From assembly GCF_009834535.1 (NCBI RefSeq), contig NC_045697.1, forward strand, positions 113,214,001-113,278,000: a DNA stretch of 64,000 nt. Direction: 5' to 3'. This DNA is from Camelus ferus (taxonomy: Eukaryota). Each line of letters starts with the position of its first letter. Position 1 is the first letter of the stretch. This document shows positions 39,481 to 52,302 of this stretch, one piece after another. The position numbers and the translations under genes are program-made. The notes below the pieces were generated by a model. It was not told the DNA's origin, made no database searches, and worked only from the letters and a program-made list of their open reading frames with translations.

Positions 39481-40115
39481 AAATCTGTTATTTGAAAGAA
39501 CAACTGAATTGTAAAATGTAGAACAGATCTAAAAAAAGAGCAACTTTTATATATATAAGAACATTTTTATTGTTTAATACCATATATTTCTAAACTTTTG
39601 AGCTGCCATAAATTTAGCCATTGTGGATTATTCCAACCATTGCTGGTCCATATATCTATGTCTAAGTAATTTTAAAATAATTTAATTTATTCTCTTAATT
39701 CTGTTGTATCAAAATCAGTCATGCTTGTTGAATCATGATCAAGTACATGTGTAAAGAGACTGAAATGTATTAACTTCAGCAAAAAAAAAAAAAAATGTAG
39801 TAAATTCCTATTAATTACTGGCACCACAATTCTGTTAAGGTTAGAAGTACATTAACTAAATTTCATAACTTATGTAAAGTAGAATACAGGCACTCTATCA
39901 ATTGCTTTGCCAAGAGTGAGCCAAAAAACAGCAGCAGCAGCACAAAGCAATCAAGATGATTTTACTCCATCTCATGTTAGATTACGTTCATCCTTTGAAA
40001 ATAACTGAAGTCTTTTTTTTTTTTTTTAATGTTAAGGAATGTTGTTTCTAAACTTGAAAAATAGTCACGGACAGTTTGTTTCAAATATCATGAAACTCTG
40101 CAATTCAATAATGAT

Positions 40116-40359
40116 TTATTTATTTGTTAGCCACCTGGGAACTGTGGGTGGTGTGTGTTCTCCAACTATCTTTTGATAAAATGTCCTTGGAAAGGAGTAG
40201 CGGGCGCCATGCCGATGTTCCTTCGGTTTTCTCTTGATGCCAAATAGATAATGTTTTGAATCTCTGTCAGTCTCCTCCCTTAATACTGATGAATTCAGCC
40301 CATAGTCATTAAATAATGCTGTGATATATCTGAGCAGAGTTACTGCAGTATTCACAGAA
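40116..40359 (-). CDS. Candidate terminal exon of an unidentified minus-strand gene
   Basis: Acceptor TTTTTTTTCTTGTTCTGGCCACAG|; one frame stays open for about 80 codons (SVNTAVTLLRYITALFNDYG...HTPPTVPRWLTNK*); AATAAA overlaps the stop; non-repetitive with retained CpGs. An alternative frame reads FCEYCSNSAQIYHSII*. Confidence 0.4.
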
Positions 40360-42686
40360 CTGTGGCCAGAACAAGAAAAAAAATATGTAACCAAATGACA
40401 GCAAGCTCTAGTTTCCTTGTTTCTCTTTTAAATTGCACAGCACATGGTTATAATCCAGCCACAGGCAGCAGTGTGAACTCATCCTTTTCCTAGAGTCCAT
40501 TAAGAATTCCCTGTATGAATCAGATTGATGAAATATTTCAGCCATAAAATTACAATGTGGGATGCACAATATAGTCTTACGTGTTTTCTTTTAAAGCAGC
40601 CTAGTTAATCCAAGCCTACTTATCTCACATTGATTAATTTAATTAGCTACTTTTAAAATGTCATATAATCACCCAGAGGCCTTTGAATTATGAGTTTAGG
40701 CTTAAAAAGCTAAGCTAAATGGAATAATAAAATAAACTGCCCTATCAGAATTTTAAAATATATGTTTGATGTTTTTTAAATTGGCTTTTAATTTTTATTT
40801 CTGCAATCTTAGAATAAGGTTGAGAGTAATTATATTGAAATATACACATAATTTAATTCTGAGTAAGAATAAAGTATATCAATGAGGGGAAAATATCTTA
40901 TCTTTCTTCCTATTCTAGGTATGTTAAAAAAATTTTTTAAATATTTATTTTCAAATTTTGCTCCTCTAAGCAAAGAGTCTGAGACTTTTAATTAAAACTA
41001 GTAACAGTTCACTCACTAACTAAACTAAGATTCATTTGTCAAGTGCCTATATAACAGATATTATTAATGGGTAATTTTAAATATTAACTGTATGATTTAT
41101 TTTAAAATATTGATAAAATTAACATGATAACTTTATCATTGAGTGAAAAAATGAACATTTGAGCACTGATTAGCACTATTCCCATTTTGCAGCTATGAAA
41201 CACAGAGACGCTAAGTCACTTGCCCAAGGTAACACAGCTAGAAATGCAGAAGAGTAATTTAATTGCTAAAACTACATCTCACATGTAAATGTCTCTCTAC
41301 AAACTATGATTTCTGTTCTTACTACAAATGTCTTTTTTTTTTTTAAACATTCCTAAACTGGGTTGGAAATTTGAAAGCAAGTTACTTCATAACATTTTCC
41401 ATCCCCACACAAACCCCAACAGCTGGCAGCAATGTCTGTGACATGTCATTTTTGATATTTCTAATCTTTATCCCTGAAGGAAATTGGCAGTGAAAAAAAT
41501 TAAATGGAAATTTCCAAAATCCAATAATTAAATAAAGCTTAACTTCTGTCTTAGAAACAGAAAAGCTGTGTTCAGAATTCTTCCCAAACTATTTACTGTC
41601 TTACATTTGTTTCAAATTCTCCTCTGTTGGAATATTTATTTTCAACAGTAATCAGTGATTTAGATCTGTTTCCTAGTTCACCTCTAAAAAGTGCTTGTTT
41701 TTTACATTTAGCTCTCAAGCTTACACCCTATTCTGATGATATCAAAAGCAGATCGGGAGTTTTATTAAATGTTGTAATTACTTCTTTGTAAGTGTGGTAC
41801 TCTTTAAATTATAAAGCTTGAATTTGAGAATATAATTTTAAACGGTAATTTTGATTTATACAGATCATCTTTGTTGCTGACCATGTCACATTTATTGAAA
41901 TCAGCTATACTTGACTGAGTTCCTGTTACTCAGAAATGATCACGCTGTTTCTAACGCTTACAGACAATAAGCTACCCAGGCTGAGGGTCCGTGTCTACTT
42001 CCTCTGTGTGATTTCCCTAGCATGTTTCATAGATGCAAGATGCCAAGTAAATTTGCAATTATTTTCTGTTATGAGAGAGTCGGAGACATATAGACAAGCA
42101 ATTCGATTCCAAATTTTCCATATACTCGTTTTCTCATTGTATGAAATTAGTCAATTTCTTATTTGCATCATCTCTGAAGTAGAAAAAAAAACAAAACCAA
42201 TACTGTCCTCATAGTGTTAGCTTGAGAATTGAATGAGATAATGTGTCTCAAGCAGCTCACATGGTGCCAAAATCATACTAAGAGCTCACCTGCAGTTAGC
42301 TATTAATAAGCGAAGGAAAGATAATGAAATCTTTTTTTGGTGACCACATGTACATTGTAATGGCTAAAGGGAAAAACCTAAATATGCTTCTAGAGGAAAT
42401 TGGTTGGAAAAAATTACATATAATAGAATATTATACCATCAGCAAAAGGGGGAATAAAGTGCTTTAGGTCCTGTTATGGAGTTCCCTGCAGGGTAGGCTG
42501 TTACCTAAAACCAAAAACAAATCACAGTGTGGAGTGGGGATAAAAAGAAAAGGAGGAATTTATATGCACTGTCACCATGCTGGAGAGAACATGCAGAAGA
42601 ATCAGGCACAGACTCTCATCTTGAGGAGTTTATTGCCTGTAAGATTTAAAAACAGCCTGATCATTTTTGAGTAACAGGATATATGT

Positions 42687-43197
42687 AGGTTTTTCTGGCT
42701 GGTCTGAGATTGAGATTGACCTGAGAAAATCAAACAAAATTTAATAACAGGTATACAAGTAAGACACCCAGAAAAACTGAGTAACTCCCCAAAATGACAG
42801 CAGTCTTCCCCTTAAATACCATCTTCAGCTAAAGACAAAAGAGGATGTTGGGGTTAGTGATACAAGACTTCAAAGACAAGGAAGGCAATTCGCACGGAGA
42901 TGGAAAAGCAAATGTATGGTAAACACGTGTTTGTGGGGCCAGGCAGAGATAGTGGGACACACAGTGGACTCTGATCTCAAGGTTCCGTTCCCCCACCACA
43001 CTAACCGTGTTCTTTGCAGACATCTCTGGTGATCACTGTATTCTGGGAACAGGCCTGTTATATAATTTTTTCCAGGCAGCTAAGGGGGAGACAAGATGAA
43101 AACCTCCCAAGACTTATGTTTCTTAAAAATAACCAGCCTAGATTAATCCTTATGCCAAAGAGACACATTTTGGAGTGACAGATTATGCTTCTATTCA
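42687..43197 (-). repeat. 3' LTR of the outer ERV
   Basis: Aligns with 55069-55630 but appears to lack about 30 terminal bases. Confidence 0.8.
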
Positions 43198-46100
43198 GTC
43201 CTACCTTTGAAACTGCTTGAAGAAGTCTCCCAATCCAGAAGCTGAGCTGGTAGCTGGTTCCATCTCACTGAACCATTCTCTAAGTCCTGATAATAGGTCA
43301 TGCTAGTTAAATTCATTTGGGGAGGCAGCGAAGCAGGTGGGCTCTCAAAGTTTGGTCTACATGGTGCTAGAAACCAGGTATCTAATAAGGGGTATCTTTC
43401 TAGAGACAAAAGAAGAACAAAAATTAGTGATTGGAGAAAATTATAACCCAGCCTCTGAGCCCAGGGGGCAGCCATTTTGTAAGATTTCTATATGTCGGGG
43501 TCCAACCATCTTTTGCAGTTTGAAATGCCTTCGATAATGTCATCGGGTGTTCAGGTAAACTTCTGAGTGGCTCACACAGCAGCAGGCAAGAGGACTGTCA
43601 TCCTAACACAGGCTATGGTGGTCATCTCTCTTACGGTTATATCACATTGTTCAACTTAATTTGTAGGGCTTCAGAAAAGGGGTACTTTTAGTACAAAAGA
43701 GGGAAAAATGGATACATTAGTTTGGAGTATTATAGTCAAGAATTATAGTCAACTAAAAGGAATTCAGGATTCAGTGAAGTTTACACGGGGAAAAACAAAA
43801 CTTCAAAGATGATTAACAGAACTAGAATTTAATATTCACAACTGTGTATTATGGTTTCTACTGAAAGAACTTTTTTTCTAATATCATCAATATTTCTACA
43901 AAAGATAGCCAGATTAAGACTAATTTGTTTGCAAAATAAATTTAGTTTTATTAAACTTAAACTAATTCTTTACATAAATCCATCAAGAATAGGAATTGAC
44001 CCTACAGACTCTTTTAAATATGTTTTGCTGGAACTTTTCACAACCTCAGGATTGAATTTTTAATTGCATTTCAAGGTCGGGAAGCTATGCCAAGGAATGG
44101 CCATCAGAATCACCTGTAATACCTATAGATTTGGGTGAATTCCTCTCTTCTTGAGGTCTCCCAAATATCCTGAGGTTCCTGCACCTGCCAGGAAGTGGCC
44201 TTCCTTCCTCACCTGGTAAGGCTGCTTGCCTTGGGAACCCTGTAAGCAGGGTTGTTTTTCCAAAGAGAACTTATGGCTTCATAAAGTCAGTCTTAGTTCC
44301 TTAAATCTGTCTGATTTTATCTGAGTCCATGCATGCCACTCTCAAATGTAACATTCTGGTCAATGCCTTGGTAATATAATCAATGTTTCCAGCTGGGTCT
44401 TGTTACAAGGAGAACAGATTCTCAGTGAACTCACGTACATAAACATATTGCCATGAAAAGAATAGTCACTGTGTGTTCCAAATTCTGGAGGGATCAGGTA
44501 AGGAGAATGAAGATGTTTCAATTCTGTTTATGAAGGTTTAATTTAGCCAATTGCTATAAATCACAGTTAGCGTAAGGAACAGATTTCCTTATATCTGAAA
44601 AGCAAAGATTAAAAAGGCAGTAATATTTCAGACAAAAGTCATAAAAATTATAATCATATTCATCAGTTCATTTGGTCCCATGTAATTAATTCTTCTTGAC
44701 CTTGATCTTTTGTTAGCAAAATTTATGAAGCCATCTGTATTTCCATTAGAGTTCTGTAATTTATTACTCAGTTTAGTTGTAAGATCTAAAAGCTTTCAGG
44801 AGCCCCTATTTGTTAAAAAGTCCATTCTATGAATCTTTTTTGAAGATGAAGCATATTTGTAAAAGCATCAGAATAAAACAATAATTGTCTATAAATAACA
44901 AAAGACATGGTTACAGAACTGATTATAATGCAATTGACAAGGAAATTTGTTTATTTTTGTGACATATAACATTTTAAGATAATAACTAGAATTACGACTG
45001 ATAACATTTTACCAAGACGTTGGTAATATAAATAATACCAGATTTCTTTAGGAATTTCATATAATTTTTACAGCACTGATATTAATAACATTAGTCTATG
45101 CAATATAAACTAAGAAGGCTATTATCACTATTTGACAATGCTTCCCATGTAATTTAATATGCCAAATAATTTTAGTATCTCTGAGATATTTCAGGGACCC
45201 TTTGAAAAATACCAAAGTTAGCTAAACATCAAAAAGGCTTTATAGAATTTGATTTGGGGAAGTTTATCAAATAGATCAGAAAGCTCGAAAATAGTCAAAT
45301 AGGATCATAAGTCACTGTGAAACAATACTTAAGTTATCCTCTTAACCAAATTGACGATAAAAGATCCCAAAGGCAAATACAGAAAGTTACAACAGATCAC
45401 TTAAAAGGAAAAGAAATCTTACAATCTGTTATTCAAAAGCGGATCAACAGTCCAAGAAAACTTTGTCCCTTTAGTAGAGAGAAAACCAAAGTCTAGTTTT
45501 GTACCAGCTTAATTTTGACATTAAAAATTATTCAGTTAGTTAAGTTCATTCTAATCTTAGCCAGTTCTAATCACACACAAAACTCTTTTCTAAGATCTTT
45601 TCTCAGGGTTCCTTTTCCACAAACCTTCTATAACTTTCTTTTTTTACATTCAGCTTTTGTCCTATGTCCATTGTCCTCCCTCCCCCCCCATTTTAACCTC
45701 TTTTTAGGAGAAATTACTTTTTTTCCTTAACAAAATGCATTTCCACTCCTTATACCTTAAAACATTTCTTCTGTATAAAATGTTTTCCTTATTAATTTTA
45801 GCAGTCTTAATTACATATACTAATTAGAATTCTTAACTGTTAGAAAACTTAACTTCTAAGAAAAAAAACTAAGAAATAAGCCATTATGAACTGTTTGTTA
45901 TAGCAGTATTTTTTTGATTGGTGAACTTATTTCGTGATTTCTAGAAACATACATTTTCTTATAGCATTTTAAAAAAATTTTATGTTGTAAAAATGTTTAC
46001 TAATAGAATCAAACATCTTTAGTATTTTTGTAACAAAAAGGCAAAAGTAGATAAACTTAGACTTGTTCAGCAAGTAATGTTTCAATATTTTATCTTATTT

Positions 46101-46636
46101 TGAAATAATCTAGACATTTACTGAATTCCCATCATTTAACTTAACTTAGCAAAATTCTAAAGTTTTAAGTTACAGAAAGATTTTGGGAGCTATTTTTAAG
46201 TCTTATCCCACTTACACTTGTCTAAATCACTTACTCCCAACAATTATGTTCAGATTGTCCTTGTAAACTTCGTGATACATTAAACAAAGTCAGCCATCAC
46301 CTCAAGCTATTTCTCTTGCTGATAAGCTTTGTAACAGAAATAATATAAACTTACTTGATCTTTGGTAAACCTAGGTAGAATAAAGGTTTTACATTTAGTG
46401 CTGATAACTCTAAAGACATATATATTTTAATTAAACCCAAAACTTTAAATCTGTTTTATTTCCTAAAGATTGATCCTAGATCATATAAACTTGAAAAAAC
46501 ATTTGGGTTCATTTATATTGTATTTTTGAAGATTTTAATGTAAGCTCCTGTTTGTTTTAGTCAATTAAACAGAGCTCTTTTTCTAAGTTAATTTTGGCAA
46601 TGCTATCCAGAGGTAGAAAAATACCGTATCTATAAA

Positions 46637-46641
46637 GTGTG

Positions 46642-46672
<31 letters not shown>

Positions 46673-46695
46673 ATATATATACATATATATATACA
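46637..46695. repeat. (TA)n/(TG)n microsatellite
   Basis: Direct reading. Confidence 0.9.
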
Positions 46696-47508
46696 TAAAA
46701 ATAGGCACAGAGATCTTATAGTTCTAATTTTAAAACTTTAGTCATGAATGAGGTATAATACAACTCACTAGTTTCTAAGGAACAGTTGAAATAAATTAAG
46801 TTTACTTGCTCATATGGCTAAAGTCTTTTATTATTCATGGAGAAGATTTTTCAGATCTATATTTGCTCTTGATAAATAATTTTTAAGGAGGCTGTGATTT
46901 AGAGTTTGGGCAAGAGAGCTCTTTCCGTAGTTTGTGTTTAAAAAGGGCTCCTTTCTTTTTTTGACCTTTGAATTCAGAGTCTACAGATTGAATTAATTGA
47001 GCTTAGTCTCAGGTGATTGTGAGCTGTGTTTACATTTCTGATTTTGTAGAGATTTGCAAGACAATGAGAGGTGCTCCTGTTAGCCTTTGATCATCGCTTT
47101 CCAGTTTCCGCCTCACACTGTGTGGACCCAGGCCATCCTACTGGTTTCCTTTGGCATATTCAATTAACATTGCTGGAAAGGTGGATTCACATGCCCTGTC
47201 TTATAAAACCAGACAGGGAAGCATTGCCCAGTGAGACACAGTGTCTATCCCAGGAATACAATCAGGCAAAAGAGAAGTGGCCACTTTACATAAATGTCAT
47301 TCAAACTGATTAATTGTCCTACAAGCTTTTACCTCAGTTCCATCAATTCCTATACCTCTACTCAGAGCCTCCACTAGGATCCTATGAATGAAAAATACTG
47401 CAAACCGTTATCAGTAAACAAAGAATGCTGAAGCCATCAAGTCATCAGCCGTTGCCACCACCCCCACAGGGAAGACAAGCCTGCATCCTGGCCTCTGCAG
47501 CCTGAGGG

Positions 47509-47864
47509 TGTTACTGGGGAAAGGAAAATAAGATTTACCTCGGTTCTTAGTCACCAGAAAAAAAATATTTTTTGATGAGAGACAAAAAACATGATATAAA
47601 TAGGATTTTTATTAGTGAAGTGAAAAAGAATAGTGAAAAATAATACACTTCCAATTGGGAGTGGGCCAAACCAAGAGACATGGTGCCATTCCTTTGTTTT
47701 TCCTGTTTTTATATCCTGGTTTCATGATTGATTGACTAACTGATTGACAGCTCAGGATCCTTGTGCTCTGGTTAATTGACAGGTCAGGTTCCTTGAGTTC
47801 TGGGTTGTTCCTTTCCCTTCCTCTCCCCCTGCCCAGTGCTCATTTCTACCTAAACTACCTAACA
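47509..47864 (-). repeat. 3' LTR of the inner provirus
   Basis: TG...CA termini, adjacent to the PPT. The last 44 nt differ from the other LTR at one position. Confidence 0.93.
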
Positions 47865-47904
47865 TTCCCCCCTCTAGTCACAGGACCCCAAATCTTTGGG
47901 ACAT

Positions 47905-48140
47905 AGAGGGCAATGACTGCTCTAGCTACTTCCTGCTGATCTGGGGTATTGGTGGGGCTCGTTGGGGTCCCAGACTAGCTGGCTGTCACTGGACAGGTGG
48001 TGAGCAAAGTGTTAGTGTCCATCAAGGGGCTTGTATAAAAGCTGTCTTGACTGATTGGTTGATTACCTTGTTGTATGGCCATTTGAAGTTTGACTCTAGA
48101 TGAGAAGAAACACATTTTGTAAGAATGTTGAAAAAACTAG
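47905..48140 (-). pseudogene. env: env TM cytoplasmic-tail relic
   Basis: Manual translation gives FFNILTKCVSSHLE / VKLQMAIQQGNQPI ... QQEVARAVIAP, typical of class I ERV Env C-termini. Confidence 0.75.
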
Positions 48141-49470
48141 AGGTCCAATAATAATACCTGATATTTAAGAAGCTGAGCATCTGAGAGCCAGGAATATCCC
48201 TTGCCTTTTAAAAGATCAGAAACTTGGTGGTTAGCGTATGCTTGTATTGGGGCCCCCAGAGTTAGCTTGAAAGCTTCCTCCAGGAGAGCGGAGAGGGCTC
48301 CCAACCCCCTTAGGCAGGAAGGCCAGCCTCGAGCAGTGGCATCTAGCCACCTGGAGAGGTATCCCATAGGCTGTTAGGGGGACCCAGCCATTGGGTGAGG
48401 ACCTGCAAGGCTATTCCTCCACTGTCATGAACATAGAACTGGAAGGGCCTTGTGGGGTGTGGAAGCCCCAAGTCCGGGGGTCTTACCAGGAGATTTTTTA
48501 ATTCTTCCATTGCATCCCATTGGGAAGGACCCCACTGAAGAGGTGCTGAGTCATCCTTACCCCTTAAACTGTCATATAGAGGTTGGGCTATGGATCCATA
48601 GTTAGGGATCCAAAGCCAACCTGTTAATCTAAGAAATTCCCTGAGCTGTTTTCGAGTAGTGGGATTAGGGAGTTATAAGATTCCCTGAATTTGTTCAAGG
48701 GAAAGGCTACGGTTTCCAGGAGTCAGAACAACTCCTAGATAAGTGACCTCTTGTTTGACCATTTTGGCCTTGAACCTGGAAACTTTATATCCCTGCTTGG
48801 CCAAGAAGTTAAGAGTTTGGATTGCATGTTGGATGGCCTGTTCTTGAGTAAGGGGGCAGATAAGTAGGTCATCTACATATTGGGGAATAGTTCCTTTTTT
48901 AAGCTGTAAGTCCTGTAAATCTTGGGCCAAAGCTTGCCCAAAGAGGTGAGGACTGTCTCTAAGCCCTTGTGGTAGTGCTGTCCAGGTTAGCTGGCATTGA
49001 TACCCATTGGGTGAGTCCCACTGAAAGGCAAATAAATATTGGGACTGGAGACTAAGGGGTATAAAAAAGAGCATCTTTTAGGTCTAAGGTGGTGTACTGC
49101 TGGGTTCCTGGAGGTATGTTTCCCAGTAACACACAGGGGTTTGAACCACTGGATGAAGAGGTACTGCTGCCTCATTTATGATTCATAAACCCTGGACCAG
49201 TCTATAGCTCCCATCTTTTTTAATGACCGGAAGGACAGGTGTGTTGCAGGGGGAGTTTAACAGGAATTAGGAGTCCACACTGTAAGAGCTGAGAAATTAT
49301 TGGCTGAAGGCCCTTCCTTGCCTCAGGTTTTAGAGGATATTGTTTTTGATTAGAGGACCAGGTAGGATCTCTGAGGGAGATGACAACGGGAGCAGCCGTC
49401 TTTGCCCGCCCTGGGATGCCTTGATCCCAGACAGCGGGATTAATTTTATTCTCCCAGGCCTGTCAGTCTG
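48140..49470 (-). pseudogene. pol: pol relic: reverse transcriptase and tether; RNase H and integrase missing
   Basis: KQYPL, NTPVLPV, SQYLFAFQW, QLTWTALPQGLRDSPHLFG, QYVDDLL, ATARGWPSCLR, WLSDAQLLKYQVLLL. Frameshifts and stops present. Confidence 0.93.
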
Positions 49471-49498
49471 GAGGTTTTCCTCCTTCCCCAGAGAGCAA

Positions 49499-49830
49499 TT
49501 AGAGTTGTAAAGAGGTGGAAGTTTGGGGATTTTCTTCCAGGATAACTCGGGTTCTCAACTTGTAAAGAAGATCTCTGGCTAAAAGGGGGTGGCTAGGACA
49601 TTCTGGCATGGATAAGAAAGAATGTGCCAATGAGCATTCATCCCATAAACATAGCAGGTGAGTAAAGACTCTTAAGGTCAGTTTACCTGTGACTCTCATG
49701 ATGGTACAGAATCTAGAGGAGACGGGTTCAGAGAAGGAAGTCAGGACAGAGTAGGTGGCCCCGGTATCCAAAAGAGAAGTTACTGTCCTACCGGCCACAT
49801 CTATTTGTACCCGTGGCTCCAGCCAGTGAT
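49499..49830 (-). pseudogene. pro: Retroviral aspartic protease relic
   Basis: EPRVQIDVAGRTVTSLLDTGATYSVL ... HSFLSMPECP..PLLARDLLYKL. Confidence 0.93.
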
Positions 49831-49859
49831 CAAGATTCTCTTGCACTGGGGCCAACTGG

Positions 49860-50570
49860 ACGGGGCCTCTTCAGTCCTGGACAACCATCTGTGGGTCTTG
49901 GGCTGGTTTTCCCCCATGAGCCGTTTGGCTCAAAGGACAGAGGGCCACCCAATGACCCTGTTGGCTACACGGAAAGCAGGCAGATCTTGGAGGTTTGTCC
50001 TTGTAGGGACATTCTTTAGCCCAGTGGCCAGGTCAGCGGAGATGTTGCACTTGTTGTTGGACTTACCTCGGGCTGTTGCGGGCCAGGTACGTCAGGACAG
50101 TGGCTGCCCTTGAGGGGCTGCAGTCATCTGGGCGGGCCTGGCCTCCTTCCTTCTTTCCTACTCCTGAGCCTTGGCCTCTGACCTCGATTATAAAAACCGT
50201 GGCAGCAGTGGTTAGCACTTCATCAAGAGTTACTCCAGATTCCTGGATCACCTTTTGGAGTTTTCAAAGCTATCAAAGGTAATGGAGGAGCTGAAGGCAG
50301 TGTCTTTCCTGAGTATGAGGGAAATGAAGGGTTTATGGTAGGGAGAGCAGGGCAAGGTGTAGGTTTAGGACAGTCCCCCTCTCTAGGGGGTGTTGGGGAC
50401 GGTAGGTTATTAGATGTAACTGTAACCTGAGTGGTTAACTTACATCCTTCTAGGAGATCATTGCTGTCTCTCAGTAAGTAAAAAATATGAATGGTCCCAG
50501 TTGGCCAACATGCAGCCCAAAGGAGTCCCAGCAGGGACAGACTCTTGGTTTCCCACCTGAAAAACAAAGG
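49860..50570 (-). pseudogene. gag: gag relic: MA/Pro-rich part fused to CA end and NC with two CCHC knuckles
   Basis: PSAPP; KLQKVIQESGVTLDEVLTTAATVFYNRG; CNI(C)R*PGHWAKECP and CFPCSQQGHWVALCP. Confidence 0.85.
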
Positions 50571-50970
50571 GAGGATACAGGGGGATTTTCAGAGCTTAGC
50601 GTCCTGAGGTGAAAAGCCCATGGACCAGGCTGACGTCTCAGCCTCTGTCCACAACCAAATGCATCGTAGAGGGTAGCCGTGGATCAGCAGTGCCTAGCGT
50701 CCTAGGGTCCTGATTCGGGGATGGAAGCTGACGTCTCAGCCTCCACTCCAGAACGGGGGGGGGGGGGGGGACGGCCACAGTCTTACCGTGTGCTGGGTGT
50801 CTCCGTGGTCTGATTGGAATGATCTTCAGTTTAGCCGGTGGCTGGTCACCCTACCACGCCTTGTATTCTCAGCGCAGCAGCCAGAAGTGGCCCCAGGAGC
50901 TTGTGCTCCGCTGGCTGGCCTCAGGGAGGGAGAGGGAAATGAGGGAGGAAAGATTGGGTTTAAGTACACC

Positions 50971-50988
50971 ATCTGCGTCACGGCACCA
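50971..50988 (-). other. Primer-binding site, tRNA-His type
   Basis: TGGTGCCGTGACGCAGAT vs canonical TGGTGCCGTGACTCGGAT (16/18). Confidence 0.85.
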
Positions 50989-50995
50989 AAATTAA

Positions 50996-51364
50996 CGTTA
51001 CCAGGAAAACAAAAATAAGAATTACCTCCGTTCTTAGTCATCTGAAAAAAAGACTTTTGATGAGAGACAAAAAGCGTGATGTAAATAAGATTCTTATTAG
51101 TGAAATAAAAAAAAATAGTGAAAAATAGTACACTCCTGAGAATTGGGAGGGGGCCAATCCAAGAGAGGGGAAATGGCTCTGTTTCTTTTTTCTCCCCCTG
51201 TTTTTATATCCTGGTTTCATGATTGATTAATTGTTTGATTGATTGACAACTCTGGCTCCCTGCGCTCCGGTTAATTGACAGCTCAGGTTCCTTGTGTTCT
51301 GGATTGTTCGTTTCCCCTACCTCTCCCCCTGCCCAGTGCTCATTTCTATCTAAACTACCTAACA
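50996..51364 (-). repeat. 5' LTR of the inner provirus
   Basis: Direct repeat of 47509-47864, followed on the minus strand by the PBS. Confidence 0.93.
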
Positions 51365-52302
51365 AGGGTATTTAGGACGTGAAAGGGCAGGATACTGGCC
51401 CTAGACAGCTAGGTGCTTGTCAAAGGAATGATTTCAATGAGCTCAAGTGTTTGTTCCCTCCCATATATAGAAAACGACTAAATTCTTTAACTTGAGATGT
51501 CTGGCTTTCTTCAGTTAACAAGTAATCTTTTAATGTTCTGACTACCTGACCTTTGTTGTAAAGCTCCTATATATCCTGGCTCCTCCCATACCTCCTCAGA
51601 GCAGTCCCTCAGAGCCATCTGAGAGGCTGTCATCCCAGGCTTGAAGGGGTTTCAGTCCTCAGAAATGTCCGCTGAATAAAACAGCTCTCAACTTTTAGGC
51701 TGTGCGTTTATGTCAGTCAACAGCCCCATGACTAAGTCTCAGTCTTACAGTACTGGGTAAGGGAAGCATTCCCAGCCAGAGAAAACAGACATTACCATGT
51801 ACCACGCAGGCAACATCAACACAACCTCTTTAGGTAACATCTGCTCGAACATTCCAACGTTTATAATGCTATCAGCACTTACATTTTTTACATTTTCTCA
51901 ATCTAGTTGTAGCCTGAGTCAGAGTTCCACCAGTGGGTTATGGGACCACAGTTTGTGAGTTCTTGCATCAGGGAGTTCCAGAAACTACTCTCCATCCACC
52001 GACCATTTTACCCATTCCTGGACCCCAGTACAATCAAGCCAAGTGACCCTGGCCTTTCTGGTAATCTTTGACTTGATTCCCCCTCAAGTGATTGCTGGTC
52101 AGATTTCTCATTGTCATTTTTGTCTTCTGACTTTTTAACTTTAACCAAATTGGATTAAATAGAGCAAACTTGCTTGGGGCCCTTTAGTACTGGGGAGACT
52201 GGTCCTTTTGGCTTACCCAACATTAGGTAATGCTGTGTTAAAAAAAAAAAAAAATCTTTGTTTTAACCCTATCAATGCCAGTTCTATTCATCCCATTTCT
52301 TA

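Larger units (their letters stand above)
47509..51364 (-). mobile_element. Inner internally deleted gammaretrovirus-like (class I, HERV-H/F-like) provirus
   Basis: LTRs at 47509-47864 and 50996-51364; perfect TSD AGGG; PPT AGAGGGGGGAA (47865-47875, minus strand); His-type PBS; gag, pro, pol and env relics. Confidence 0.95.
47383..51722 (+). mobile_element. Solo LTR split into 47383-47508 and 51365-51722 by the inner provirus
   Basis: The rejoined halves align with the intact solo LTR at 31381-31803; ends CAGTCAACA. Its own TSD is poor (ATCC/GCCC). Confidence 0.85.

Noticed and set aside
47905..48140. Captured env / syncytin-like gene
   Set aside because: Only a frameshifted cytoplasmic-tail fragment remains; no SU, fusion peptide or immunosuppressive domain.
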